Shown here one piece after another: positions 36,402 through 46,023 of a stretch of DNA of 64,000 nt. Numbering within the stretch: the stretch's first letter is position 1; the number at the start of each line of letters is the position of its first letter. A program made the position numbers and the translations under genes. The stretch lies in the NCBI GenBank assembly GCA_965212015.1, contig OZ243037.1, forward strand, positions 192,001-256,000. Reading direction: 5' to 3'. The notes under the pieces are model-generated. The model was not told where the DNA came from, did no database searches, and worked only from the letters and a program-made list of their open reading frames with translations. The DNA is from Cenarchaeum sp. Its GTDB lineage: Archaea; Thermoproteota; Nitrososphaeria; Nitrososphaerales; Nitrosopumilaceae.

Positions 36402-39400
36402 ATGCTTGGATCTGCATTATCCGAATCCCCCCCCCCTCTAGCTTTGAAGCACTGGGCATACGCAGTCCTTGCGATCGGAATACTGGCGCTGTCAATTGGT
36501 GCGGCACATGCCGCGTCTGATGATTCCCCGCCCGCAATACTAAACACAATTCAAAATTTTGAGATTTCAACGAATGAAACGGCAAAGCTGTACCTTCACA
36601 CAAAATTCACCGATGATGGTACAATGACGTACACTGCCGATGCGGAAGATTCCACAATAGTGTTCATTCAGACACACAAAAGCCGGGTTGCAATGACCGG
36701 GATTGTGGAGGGCACCACGCCGGTTACCGCATGCGCCAGCGATGGCACAAACGATCCCACATGCCAGACATTCATGGTCGACGTACAGCTTGCAGACGTG
36801 CCAATAAAAATATCAAATGCGATTCAAAACTTTGAGATTTCAACGGGTGAGACGGCAAAGCTGTATCTTCACACAAAGTTCTCAGGCCAGAGCGCCCTGG
36901 AATACACGGCAGATGCGGCAGATTCTGCGATAGTGTCAGTACAGACAGACGGGAGCCGGGTTGTAATGACCGGACTAAAAGAGGGCACCACACAGGTTAC
37001 CGCATGCGCCAGTGACGGCACAAACGACCCTACATGCCAGACGTTTCGGGTCAGCATACAGCCCTCTGCCACGCCAATAAAAACATCAAACACGATTCAA
37101 AACTTTGAGATTTCCACCGGTGAGACGGCAAAGCTGTACCTTCACACAAAGTTCTCCGGCCAGGGCACCCTGGAATATACGGCCGATGCGGCGGATTCCA
37201 CAATAGTGTCCATTCAGACAGACGGGAGCCGGGTTGCAATGACCGGACTAAAAGCGGGCATCACGCAGGTTACCGCATGCGCCAGTAACGGTGCAGGCGA
37301 GTCGCTCTGTCAGAAATACAGGGTAACAATTACCGCAGGACTGATAATAGTGCCGCCATCGGATGTCACCGCAGAGGCCACGGGAGTGCTGACCGTGGTG
37401 GATATCGGCACTGCAAATCATGACTCAATCCGAATAACCAATGACGCGCCGGATTCATTCCCGCTGGGCGATACCATAGTGACGTGGAGTGCAGACGGCC
37501 ACGAGAGTGCGACTCAGACTGTTACTATACAGGACACGACCCCGCCCGAGTTTGACAGACTGCGCGACATAAAGATCGGAGTGTCCCCGGAGCTGCCGCT
37601 CCTGTTCTATAATACTCCGAGTGCAAGCGATCTGGTAGACGACTCTGTCGACGTATCGTGTACTCCTGCGCGTGAGACGGCAGCCACGTTTGGCACCGTC
37701 AGTGTCGCGTGTATTGCAACTGACGACTCTGGCAATTCCAATACGGGATCCTTTGACGTTACAATAGCGCCATTTGATGGCAGTCTCACGCCAGATACCC
37801 TGCCGTACGACCTCCATGCGCCAATCATTACGGCCCCAGATGACATCACCGCAGAGGCGACAGGCAATCTCACGGAAGTGGATATCGGCACTGCCGTCGC
37901 AAAGGACGCGGACGGTGACTTTCCCATGGTAACTAGCAATGCGCCGGATTCCTACCCTCTGGGCGATATCATCGTGACGTGGACTGCAACTAATAGTGAC
38001 GGCTTTGTCTCACGCGCCACTCAGAGAATCACCATTCAGGATACAACTCCGCCCGTCTTTACATTCGCACATGAACCGCTGGTGACCTCTGAGAGTTCCA
38101 TACAAGCAGTGATTCCCCCGCCGGTTGCAACAGATATTTTCGGCATTGGCGATATAACATGCACGTATCCTGCGTCCAACATCTATTACCTGGGCTCCAA
38201 CGACATCACCTGCACGGCTGTTGATACAAACGGGAATGAATCAACGGAATCATTTAATGTAGAGGTTTTGTCCCGGACTGGCACTATAATCCAAATAACA
38301 CCAGAACACCCTGACAGAACATCCGGATTCGGCAAATATGTGGAACGGATAGACGATTCCATGATAGTGAGCGGACGCTATCTGACTGGATCAGATCGGA
38401 TCCCGTCCATATTCCCGTTTGAGAACGTTGCCGAATCTGACGGGCCAGAACGATGGATAGCAGACGGGCGCATAACTGATCCCGGAAATTCACCGAACAA
38501 CAGGTTCGCAAATGCCATATCCTTTGACGGACAAACCATAATGGCCACGTCAAACGATCTGACTTCGGCTTCAGGCACCCAGAACAGCGGCGCAGTATAC
38601 GTCTTTGAAAAGAATGCCGAGGACGAATGGACGGAAAAACAGAAAATATCGCTGGGCCACCTGATTGAATCCACGGGAAACTTTCGCAGCATAGCAATGA
38701 ATGGCAACTCTATGGCGGTAAGCTCTTACAGTTCAACCCCTGATTTCCCCTCCGGCATAGTCGACATATACGAGCGTCAAGGTGCGGATCAACCATGGAC
38801 GTACGCAGAGCGGATAAGCCCGTACATTTCCGGATTACACGGAAGCTTTGGACGTGGCCTTGCCATGGATGACAACTATTTGGTAATAGGCTCTGCATAT
38901 GCAGACGCAGTAGTACAACAGTCGGGAGCCGCCTACATACTGGAGAAAAATTCCGCAGGAAATTGGATTCGCACCGCCACGCTTCAGCCTGCAGACCTCA
39001 GATCCGCCTCGACATTTGGAGAGAATGTTGCGATATCTGGAGATACGGTAATAGTGGGGGCAAAATACCTACGCGACAGGGACACGGGTTCATTAGGTGC
39101 CGCATACGTCTTTGAAAAGGACGATTCCGGTGCATGGCAGCAGGTACAAAAGCTGATGGCAGATACGCCGTCTCACAGGTATTTTGGTGTCGACGTAAAC
39201 GTATATGGTGATACCATGGCTGTTAGCTCACACCATCTCAACGGTGGTTCGGCAAAATCTATCATATACATATATGAAAAGAACGGCTCGACATGGAACA
39301 ATGTGGCAACAATTGATCCTGACTTTTACATATTTTCATCGCCGGACTCGCTGGAACTTGACACTAATTCGATGTTGGTGGGAGACGTAAATGGTGTTGC

Positions 39401-39467
39401 TAATTCGAAAAAAACAGGGCTATTGACGATGTATCTTGGCGATCTGTCATCATTCAACTCTCCATAA
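36402..39467 (+). CDS. Large surface protein, paralog B: 3 Ig-like repeats, HYR-like domains, FG-GAP beta-propeller
   Basis: Near-identical to 30550-33282 over the stalk and divergent in the propeller. The start may be the TTG at 36444. Confidence 0.85.
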   Translation: MLGSALSESPPPLALKHWAYAVLAIGILALSIGAAHAASDDSPPAILNTIQNFEISTNETAKLYLHTKFTDDGTMTYTADAEDSTIVFIQTHKSRVAMTGIVEGTTPVTACASDGTNDPTCQTFMVDVQLADVPIKISNAIQNFEISTGETAKLYLHTKFSGQSALEYTADAADSAIVSVQTDGSRVVMTGLKEGTTQVTACASDGTNDPTCQTFRVSIQPSATPIKTSNTIQNFEISTGETAKLYLHTKFSGQGTLEYTADAADSTIVSIQTDGSRVAMTGLKAGITQVTACASNGAGESLCQKYRVTITAGLIIVPPSDVTAEATGVLTVVDIGTANHDSIRITNDAPDSFPLGDTIVTWSADGHESATQTVTIQDTTPPEFDRLRDIKIGVSPELPLLFYNTPSASDLVDDSVDVSCTPARETAATFGTVSVACIATDDSGNSNTGSFDVTIAPFDGSLTPDTLPYDLHAPIITAPDDITAEATGNLTEVDIGTAVAKDADGDFPMVTSNAPDSYPLGDIIVTWTATNSDGFVSRATQRITIQDTTPPVFTFAHEPLVTSESSIQAVIPPPVATDIFGIGDITCTYPASNIYYLGSNDITCTAVDTNGNESTESFNVEVLSRTGTIIQITPEHPDRTSGFGKYVERIDDSMIVSGRYLTGSDRIPSIFPFENVAESDGPERWIADGRITDPGNSPNNRFANAISFDGQTIMATSNDLTSASGTQNSGAVYVFEKNAEDEWTEKQKISLGHLIESTGNFRSIAMNGNSMAVSSYSSTPDFPSGIVDIYERQGADQPWTYAERISPYISGLHGSFGRGLAMDDNYLVIGSAYADAVVQQSGAAYILEKNSAGNWIRTATLQPADLRSASTFGENVAISGDTVIVGAKYLRDRDTGSLGAAYVFEKDDSGAWQQVQKLMADTPSHRYFGVDVNVYGDTMAVSSHHLNGGSAKSIIYIYEKNGSTWNNVATIDPDFYIFSSPDSLELDTNSMLVGDVNGVANSKKTGLLTMYLGDLSSFNSP

Positions 39468-39600
39468 ACGGAAAAAAACACGTCGGGACAGCGTGCCGTA
39501 TCAATAACGGCTGCCAGAAACAGGGCATAGGCCGCTAATCGATTACCTGCACAACGACTAATGACTATTATGTGGGTGATTTATAACAAACAGATAACAG

Positions 39601-39915
39601 ATGCGATCAAGGAACAGAATTCCAAATGGCTGGCGATGGAATCAGATGTCTGGCAGGCATCGTATATCCCATTTTGTAATTCGATGCATTATTGCAGCTT
39701 TGATGTGTTTTTTTGCAATATTGCTCTTGGTAGTTTCTACCGAACAATTTTATTTTGGAAACATGCACTATGAGCGGCCTATCGGGTTTTTCGTCGGCGC
39801 AGTCATATCCGGCATGACAGGATTAGGCTGCATATTATACGTCATAAATAAGACATATTTGAAATTTCTGGTATTTACACCAATATTTGCTGTGATAATA
39901 CTCCGTCGATCATAA
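39601..39915 (+). pseudogene. Small membrane protein whose 3' end is interrupted by IS630
   Basis: Removing the IS (39901-42092) restores ...FAVIIVGQSNGSIFIT-stop, with the TAG at 42126-42128. Confidence 0.6.
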
Positions 39916-40158
39916 GTTATTTCGCCTCACAGACTGCGCTCTAAATAGCGATAGATGTCCAGATTGAATCTTTTGTTTCTGAAATACTCTGATACTGTAA
40001 TCCACATTTTCTCTGCAGTCTCGTAATATTCGGAATGGACTAGCTCGTACTTGGCCTGTCGCCAGCACTCTTCGATGGCACTGAGTTGCGGTGAATATGT
40101 CGGAAGATAATACAGGATGACGTCCTTGTGCTTCTTCAGGTATTCTTTTACGTCACTA

Positions 40159-41252
40159 CTCCGTCGATCATAAGTTATTTCGCCTCACAGACTGCGCTCT
40201 AAATAGCGATAGATGTCCAGATTGAATCTTTTGTTTCTGAAATACTCTGATACTGTAATCCACATTTTCTCTGCAGTCTCGTAATATTCGGAATGGACTA
40301 GCTCGTACTTGGCCTGTCGCCAGCACTCTTCGATGGCACTGAGTTGCGGTGAATATGTCGGAAGATAATACAGGATGACGTCCTTGTGCTTCTTCAGGTA
40401 TTCTTTTACGTCACTAGATCTGTGCTGAGATGCATTGTCCACAATGACTAGAACTTTTTTCCATTTGAGCCGCATATCCTCAAGATATTGTACAAACGTT
40501 TCGCCGTTAAACTTTGGATATAATCGGAACAGTTGTGAGCCATTACCTGCTAGCGCACCATATACGATAATTTTCGTGTGGGATCCGGTACTTTTTATGG
40601 GAATTCTTTCACCCCGCAACGACCAATATTTTTTCCCTGCCATAGAATCATGTACAAAAATGGACTCGTCCTGGATTACAACTGTAAATCCTTGCCCTTC
40701 CATGCGTAAAATATCCGGCAAATTCTCGTTTCGCCACCTTGTGCATTCCGACTTGCTGCTTGCCTTGACGTATGTTCGTGTTGAGGCCTTTAATGTATAA
40801 TTAAACCAATTCAGGATTTTTCGAATGTTGCACATGCTGTATTTGACCCTGTATTTATTGTAGATTTTTCTTTGAAGCTTTTTTGGTGTAAGCTTTCCTT
40901 TATTACACAACCTCTTTGCCATTTTCTTAATTCTAATGCGCGGTACAAGAGGAGGCCTGCCCTCCTGCGGCAGAGTCCTGAGACCTTCTATTCCATCATT
41001 GTCGAAATATTCCAGCCACAACTGTACAGAACGCTGTGTGACGCCGACTGATTCGGCAGCAAAGCTTGTGGAACATCCCTTACTACGTACCAAATTGACT
41101 GCAATCAGTTTCTTGTGTATTTTGACGTTTTTTTCAGACTTTATGGCCTCCATGAGTGATGTTTTGATCATGATAATTGCCTAGAACCGCTGATCCTTAT
41201 ACTTTTCTGTTCAAAATTGTTCAGTAGGCGAAATTATTTTTGAGCGTCAGTA
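40159..41252 (-). mobile_element. IS630-family element, intact inner copy (1094 bp)
   Basis: Same ends as the outer copy. TA duplication at 40157-40158 and 41253-41254, within a CTAG target. Confidence 0.93.
40185..41171 (-). CDS. IS630-family transposase (intact)
   Basis: N-terminal HTH, GRPP, and DDE triad in QDES / VDNAS / YSPQLSAIEECW. Confidence 0.95.
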   Translation of the reverse strand: MIKTSLMEAIKSEKNVKIHKKLIAVNLVRSKGCSTSFAAESVGVTQRSVQLWLEYFDNDGIEGLRTLPQEGRPPLVPRIRIKKMAKRLCNKGKLTPKKLQRKIYNKYRVKYSMCNIRKILNWFNYTLKASTRTYVKASSKSECTRWRNENLPDILRMEGQGFTVVIQDESIFVHDSMAGKKYWSLRGERIPIKSTGSHTKIIVYGALAGNGSQLFRLYPKFNGETFVQYLEDMRLKWKKVLVIVDNASQHRSSDVKEYLKKHKDVILYYLPTYSPQLSAIEECWRQAKYELVHSEYYETAEKMWITVSEYFRNKRFNLDIYRYLERSL

Positions 41253-42009
41253 TAGATCTGTGCTGAGATGCATTGTCCACAATGACTAGAACTTTTTTCC
41301 ATTTGAGCCGCATATCCTCAAGATATTGTACAAACGTTTCGCCGTTAAACTTTGGATATAATCGGAACAGTTGTGAGCCATTACCTGCTAGCGCACCATA
41401 TACGATAATTTTCGTGTGGGATCCGGTACTTTTTATGGGAATTCTTTCACCCCGCAACGACCAATATTTTTTCCCTGCCATAGAATCATGTACAAAAATG
41501 GACTCGTCCTGGATTACAACTGTAAATCCTTGCCCTTCCATGCGTAAAATATCCGGCAAATTCTCGTTTCGCCACCTTGTGCATTCCGACTTGCTGCTTG
41601 CCTTGACGTATGTTCGTGTTGAGGCCTTTAATGTATAATTAAACCAATTCAGGATTTTTCGAATGTTGCACATGCTGTATTTGACCCTGTATTTATTGTA
41701 GATTTTTCTTTGAAGCTTTTTTGGTGTAAGCTTTCCTTTATTACACAACCTCTTTGCCATTTTCTTAATTCTAATGCGCGGTACAAGAGGAGGCCTGCCC
41801 TCCTGCGGCAGAGTCCTGAGACCTTCTATTCCATCATTGTCGAAATATTCCAGCCACAACTGTACAGAACGCTGTGTGACGCCGACTGATTCGGCAGCAA
41901 AGCTTGTGGAACATCCCTTACTACGTACCAAATTGACTGCAATCAGTTTCTTGTGTATTTTGACGTTTTTTTCAGACTTTATGGCCTCCATGAGTGATGT
42001 TTTGATCAT
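41221..42009 (-). pseudogene. IS630 transposase truncated by the nested insertion; 3' remainder at about 39927-40158
   Basis: Identical to the intact copy up to DNASQHRS, then reads into the end of the inner IS. Confidence 0.92.
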
Positions 42010-42544
42010 GATAATTGCCTAGAACCGCTGATCCTTATACTTTTCTGTTCAAAATTGTTCAGTAGGCGAAATTATTTTTGAGCGTCAGTATAGTAGGGCA
42101 ATCAAACGGCTCAATATTTATTACATAGAAAAATGAGCAAATCTTTAAGATCAGGAATCTTTGACTAATTTTTTTGATCACTGATTTTTCACATGCACCA
42201 TGGATGCAAAAAATGAAAAACCCTCCTGGGCCTATCAACGTAACAAACACACCATGGATTCGACCGTATGGTTGGAATGATTTTTGTATCGCCTCCTGAA
42301 ATCCGGGATAACATTATCCTGTATGGATCGTGCGTGATGCCAATCGCTGAATTGTCCGAATTTTTAAAAATTTTCAGCCAAATCAGTTCATCGGTTTTTT
42401 AAAACAAAATCACATGCATATCTGATTAATGAATCTGCCACTAATGATTCAGGTATATGTGGTATGATAACTCTGACTATCGACCAATGATTTGTTGTCG
42501 TAGGACATAACATTGTTAAATGCGAGACAGGAGTTTATCCACCT

Positions 42545-42889
42545 TCAATCTATTTTGCACGGCAACCAATAACCAACATCATCCTCCTCCCAACACCCTA
42601 TACCTGTCTCTAGTAATTTTTCATTTGGGACTCTATTGCCTGATTCGTCAATAATTTTACAATTTGGTTTTTGCTGAAAACGTGGTTCACACTGTATATC
42701 ATAACCATAATCCCAAAGTATCGATGATTCGTGTAATTTCTTGGAATTATTTAAAGAAATTTGTCGATCTGTCAGAATATATGCTGTCATGACGATAAAA
42801 ATTATTATGACTATATAATATCTTAGTTTCATGATAAAAAATAAAAAATGGGCTAAATTAATGATGCGGATCCGACTGAAAAACACCAT
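42545..42889 (-). CDS. AT-rich hypothetical membrane-anchored protein
   Basis: N-terminal TM helix followed by a 4-Cys extracellular region. The true start may be MKLRYY. Confidence 0.55.
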   Translation of the reverse strand: MVFFSRIRIINLAHFLFFIMKLRYYIVIIIFIVMTAYILTDRQISLNNSKKLHESSILWDYGYDIQCEPRFQQKPNCKIIDESGNRVPNEKLLETGIGCWEEDDVGYWLPCKID

Positions 42890-43012
42890 AAATGATGTGT
42901 TTTTGACGTGATTTCCAACAATATTGTTTTAGCAAACTCGAGATATCGCGATATCGTGCTCTGATCCACGTCAAATATGGAGGTCGGATCGTGAAAATGA
43001 CGGCAGAGGTGA

Positions 43013-43225
43013 TTGGAACGCCTACAATATTCCTACCTATTTTTTTACACAAGAACCGGAATGAATTATATGGTGACTTGGTCTGAACCCTACGGGTTGA
43101 TCCTATCCAAGAATCAAAAAATCATATTATGGGTAATGATCGGAGGCGCCATAGGATATTTTATAGCAGATATGGTGGCAGAAACAGTGGCAGACATCGT
43201 AATTGAGATAATTGAAGGACGTTAG
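43013..43225 (+). CDS. Small hypothetical membrane protein
   Basis: Hydrophobic IILWVMIGGAIGYFIA segment. Start is uncertain. Confidence 0.4.
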   Translation: MERLQYSYLFFYTRTGMNYMVTWSEPYGLILSKNQKIILWVMIGGAIGYFIADMVAETVADIVIEIIEGR

Positions 43226-43615
43226 ATAATGATATACTTGCTACGAAAATAGTTTCTATAATGACGGCAGAAGGCGATCGGGACGCTTACAGCATCCCTA
43301 CCATTTTTTATTTTTTGATATCATTGGGATTTGACACGAATAGGTTTGCCCCTGATCGGATTATGTGGCAACTTGGACATTCACAAAATAAGAAAAAATA
43401 GGCTAGTTCAACGCAGCCTTATCACGTAAGATCTGAACATTAATACGATGAATGCTCTAATAAACTTTTTATGGATCCGTAGTTCGACGATAGAATCATC
43501 ACGCAAGATCTGATAGACCGGGGCTCAAATTCACACGCCAGAATCCTCTTGAATTCCTCTTTTCTCAGCTTTATACTTTTAATCCGTGGAACCGATAAAA
43601 GGAAAAATATCCTAA

Positions 43616-43709
43616 TGGACCGGATGGGATTTGAACCCATGACCCTTGCGGGATTTGTAAATCCTTACGCAGTGTGAGTGCGTCATCCTAGCCGCTAGAC
43701 GACCGGTCC
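43616..43709 (-). tRNA. tRNA-Val(CAC) with a 21-nt non-canonical intron (43645-43665)
   Basis: Acceptor stem GGACCGG/CCGGTCC, anticodon arm ACGCA-CTCACAC-TGCGT, T arm ATGGG-TTCAAAT-CCCAT. Removing the intron gives 73 nt. Confidence 0.92.
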
Positions 43710-43760
43710 GTATTATCCATATTATAGGAAGTTTTTGTATCTTTGGGCTTGCCAAAACGG

Positions 43761-43928
43761 CTATTTCTTGACGCCCAGATTCCTGTTTTTCAGGCGTAAA
43801 TAGTTGTTTCTGCACTTTCTGCACCGCGTGGCGGCAATAGAGTTTCTTGCCCCGCAGTAAAAGCATATTTTCATGTGGAGGCGCGCCTTTTGCGCTATCT
43901 GTTTTTTTACAACATCGGTTATGGGCAT
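43761..43928 (-). CDS. rpl40e: 50S ribosomal protein L40e
   Basis: KICFYCGARN..ATRCRKC...LRLK. Confidence 0.93.
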   Translation of the reverse strand: MPITDVVKKQIAQKARLHMKICFYCGARNSIAATRCRKCRNNYLRLKNRNLGVKK

Positions 43929-43962
43929 GCCTGAACCTACCTCAAAACCCCTCACTATTAAT

Positions 43963-44880
43963 TTAATCGGACTGGCCTGATATTTTCGTGGCCAGCAGCA
44001 CGGGTACCTCGGCGGGGCGCTTTGCCACCGGAATGTTTGCCCTGTTGAACATCGATATCTTGGATTCGGCGGATCCATAGTTTCCCATCACTATGGCGCC
44101 GGCATGGCCCATCCTCTTTTCCTTCGGGGCGGCCCTTCCGGCAATGTATGCCACGACGGGCTTTTCAAACCCCGAGTCTATTATTTTCTGGGCCAAAAGC
44201 TCCTCTGCATCCCCGCCGATCTCCCCTACGATCACCAGCCCCTGCAGCTTTGGGGCGTCCTTTACCATGTCAAATGCGTCGACAAGCCTGGTGCCGTTTA
44301 CGGGATCCCCGCCGATTCCAAGCGTCATGTACTGGCCGAATCCCATCTGCGTCAGCGCATTGGAGATCTCGTACAGCAGCGTCCCGCTCTTTGATAGCAC
44401 GGCAATGTCTCCTGCCCTGAAGGGGCTTGCGGGCATTATTCCCACCTTGATTATCCCGGGTATTATCACCCCCGGCGTGTTGGGCCCTATCACTATGGCG
44501 TCTTTTTGCTTTGCCATCTCTAGCAGCTCAAGGGTGTCACGTATGGGCACGTGCTCCGGAATTGCAACCAGCAGCTTGACTCCAGATTCCAGCGCGTCTT
44601 TTGCCGCACCCAGAAAAAACTTTGCCGGAACAAAGAGAATGGAGATTTTCGCCCCTGTTGCGCCGACTGCCTCGCCTACAGAGTCGTATATCGGAACACC
44701 GTCGAATTTTTCGCCGCCCTTGCCCGGCGTTACCCCGGCTGCAATGTTTGTGCCGTATTCCCGCATGAGTCTGGTGTGCGTCGAGCCGAACTTGCCTGTT
44801 ATTCCCTGGACGATTACGGGCTTTTTCTTATAGTCCGAATCCCCGGGATCGCCGCACAGCAGCTCAAAAATGTCGGTCAT
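43963..44880 (-). CDS. sucD: Succinyl-CoA synthetase alpha subunit
   Basis: Motifs QGITG, GVTPGKGG, GPNTPG, GIGGD and RMGHAGA. Confidence 0.96.
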   Translation of the reverse strand: MTDIFELLCGDPGDSDYKKKPVIVQGITGKFGSTHTRLMREYGTNIAAGVTPGKGGEKFDGVPIYDSVGEAVGATGAKISILFVPAKFFLGAAKDALESGVKLLVAIPEHVPIRDTLELLEMAKQKDAIVIGPNTPGVIIPGIIKVGIMPASPFRAGDIAVLSKSGTLLYEISNALTQMGFGQYMTLGIGGDPVNGTRLVDAFDMVKDAPKLQGLVIVGEIGGDAEELLAQKIIDSGFEKPVVAYIAGRAAPKEKRMGHAGAIVMGNYGSAESKISMFNRANIPVAKRPAEVPVLLATKISGQSD

Positions 44881-45983
44881 TTTTTTACCCCCATTACGGC
44901 GGCATTGATTGCCTCCTCCACCGTGTCATAAAGTTTGGTCTTTGAATCCTTTAGCATGTCCTTTGCCTTATCGGACTCTGCACCGCGGAGTCTTGCAAAG
45001 ACCGGCAGGTCGATCAGGTGCGAGTCGTACGCCTTGATGAACGCAGCCGCAACCGTTGTCGTTTTTACGATTCCGCCATACAGGTTTACCAGAATGCACC
45101 TTACCCTGTCCATCTCGCTGATCAGAGTCAGCGCCTCGTATACGGATTCCGGCGTGGCGCCGCCGCCAACATCCAAAAAGCACGCGGGCCTTCCCCCGCT
45201 GTCGGCAAGCATGTCAAGAGTCGACATTACGAGTCCGGCGCCGTTTCCTATCACGGCTATGTTGCCGTCAAGCTCCACGAGTGAAAACCCGTTTTTCTCC
45301 GCCCTTTGCTCCAGCTCGGATATCTTTTGATACTTTGCCATCTCGTTGTGCCTGAAATTGGAATTGTCGTCTGTCATTATCTTGCCGTCAAGCGCAAGCA
45401 TCGAGCCGTCGCCGGTTATCACCAGCGGATTTATCTCTACTAGCTCTGCCTCCTTTTCTATTGTAAGCTTTGAGAGCCTCTGCAGTATGTCTGCAAGGGC
45501 GTCAGCCGACCTTCCCTCGAGGTTCATCTCTTTTGCAATTTTGTGTGCCGTACTGCGGTCGACGTGCCCGCGTCCCACCTCCGTTATGATCTGATCTTTG
45601 ATCGACTCTATCTCCATTCCGCCCTTTGAGGACGCAATCACCGTATAGCACCTCTTGCTCCGGTTCAAAAACAGCGACAGATACAGCTCTTTTTTGATGT
45701 CTGCCATTTTTTCAAGCATGACTGCCTGCGCCCGTTCGCCCTTTATGCTCATCTCCAATACCTGCGGATATTTCAGCTCAAACTCGTCGTCGCTGCCGCA
45801 CTTTTGGATTCCGCCTGCCTTGCCCCTTCCGCCGACTGGAACCTGGATCTTGATTACAAACGGATAGCCCAGCTCCCCGGCGTCCTTTCGCCCCTGTTCG
45901 ATGTCCCTCGAGGTCCTGCTAGGCGGCATGTTTATGCCGTATTCCCTGAAAAGCTCCTTTGCCTGGTACTCCAATAGGCGCAT
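44877..45983 (-). CDS. sucC: Succinyl-CoA synthetase beta subunit
   Basis: Motifs LLEYQAKELF, GGRGKAGG, EINPL, GNGAGLVM and FLDVGGG. Confidence 0.96.
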   Translation of the reverse strand: MRLLEYQAKELFREYGINMPPSRTSRDIEQGRKDAGELGYPFVIKIQVPVGGRGKAGGIQKCGSDDEFELKYPQVLEMSIKGERAQAVMLEKMADIKKELYLSLFLNRSKRCYTVIASSKGGMEIESIKDQIITEVGRGHVDRSTAHKIAKEMNLEGRSADALADILQRLSKLTIEKEAELVEINPLVITGDGSMLALDGKIMTDDNSNFRHNEMAKYQKISELEQRAEKNGFSLVELDGNIAVIGNGAGLVMSTLDMLADSGGRPACFLDVGGGATPESVYEALTLISEMDRVRCILVNLYGGIVKTTTVAAAFIKAYDSHLIDLPVFARLRGAESDKAKDMLKDSKTKLYDTVEEAINAAVMGVKK

Positions 45984-46023
45984 GTAGGTGTCATCCCCGT
46001 AATGCCTTATATTCGTATTATCG

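Larger units (their letters stand above)
39901..42090 (-). mobile_element. IS630-family element, outer copy (1094 bp, split by the inner copy)
   Basis: Flanked by TA at 39899-39900 and 42091-42092, with imperfect ~26-bp terminal inverted repeats ending ATTTCGCC. Segments 39901-40158 and 41255-42090 rebuild one element. Confidence 0.92.

Noticed and set aside
39901-42090. Tandem IS duplication or programmed-frameshift transposase
   Set aside because: The junctions and TA duplications fit one nested insertion exactly, and the intact transposase is a single ORF.
28952-43615. Provirus or diversity-generating retroelement
   Set aside because: No integrase, capsid, packaging ATPase or reverse transcriptase is visible. 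The paralog differences are not confined to adenines.
43645-43665. Long variable arm of a Ser/Leu/Sec-type tRNA
   Set aside because: The anticodon is CAC (Val), and the extra 21 nt form a BHB whose removal gives a standard 73-nt tRNA.
43440-43866. ORFs overlapping tRNA-Val and rpl40e
   Set aside because: They overlap a tRNA and a ribosomal protein gene and have no protein-like features.
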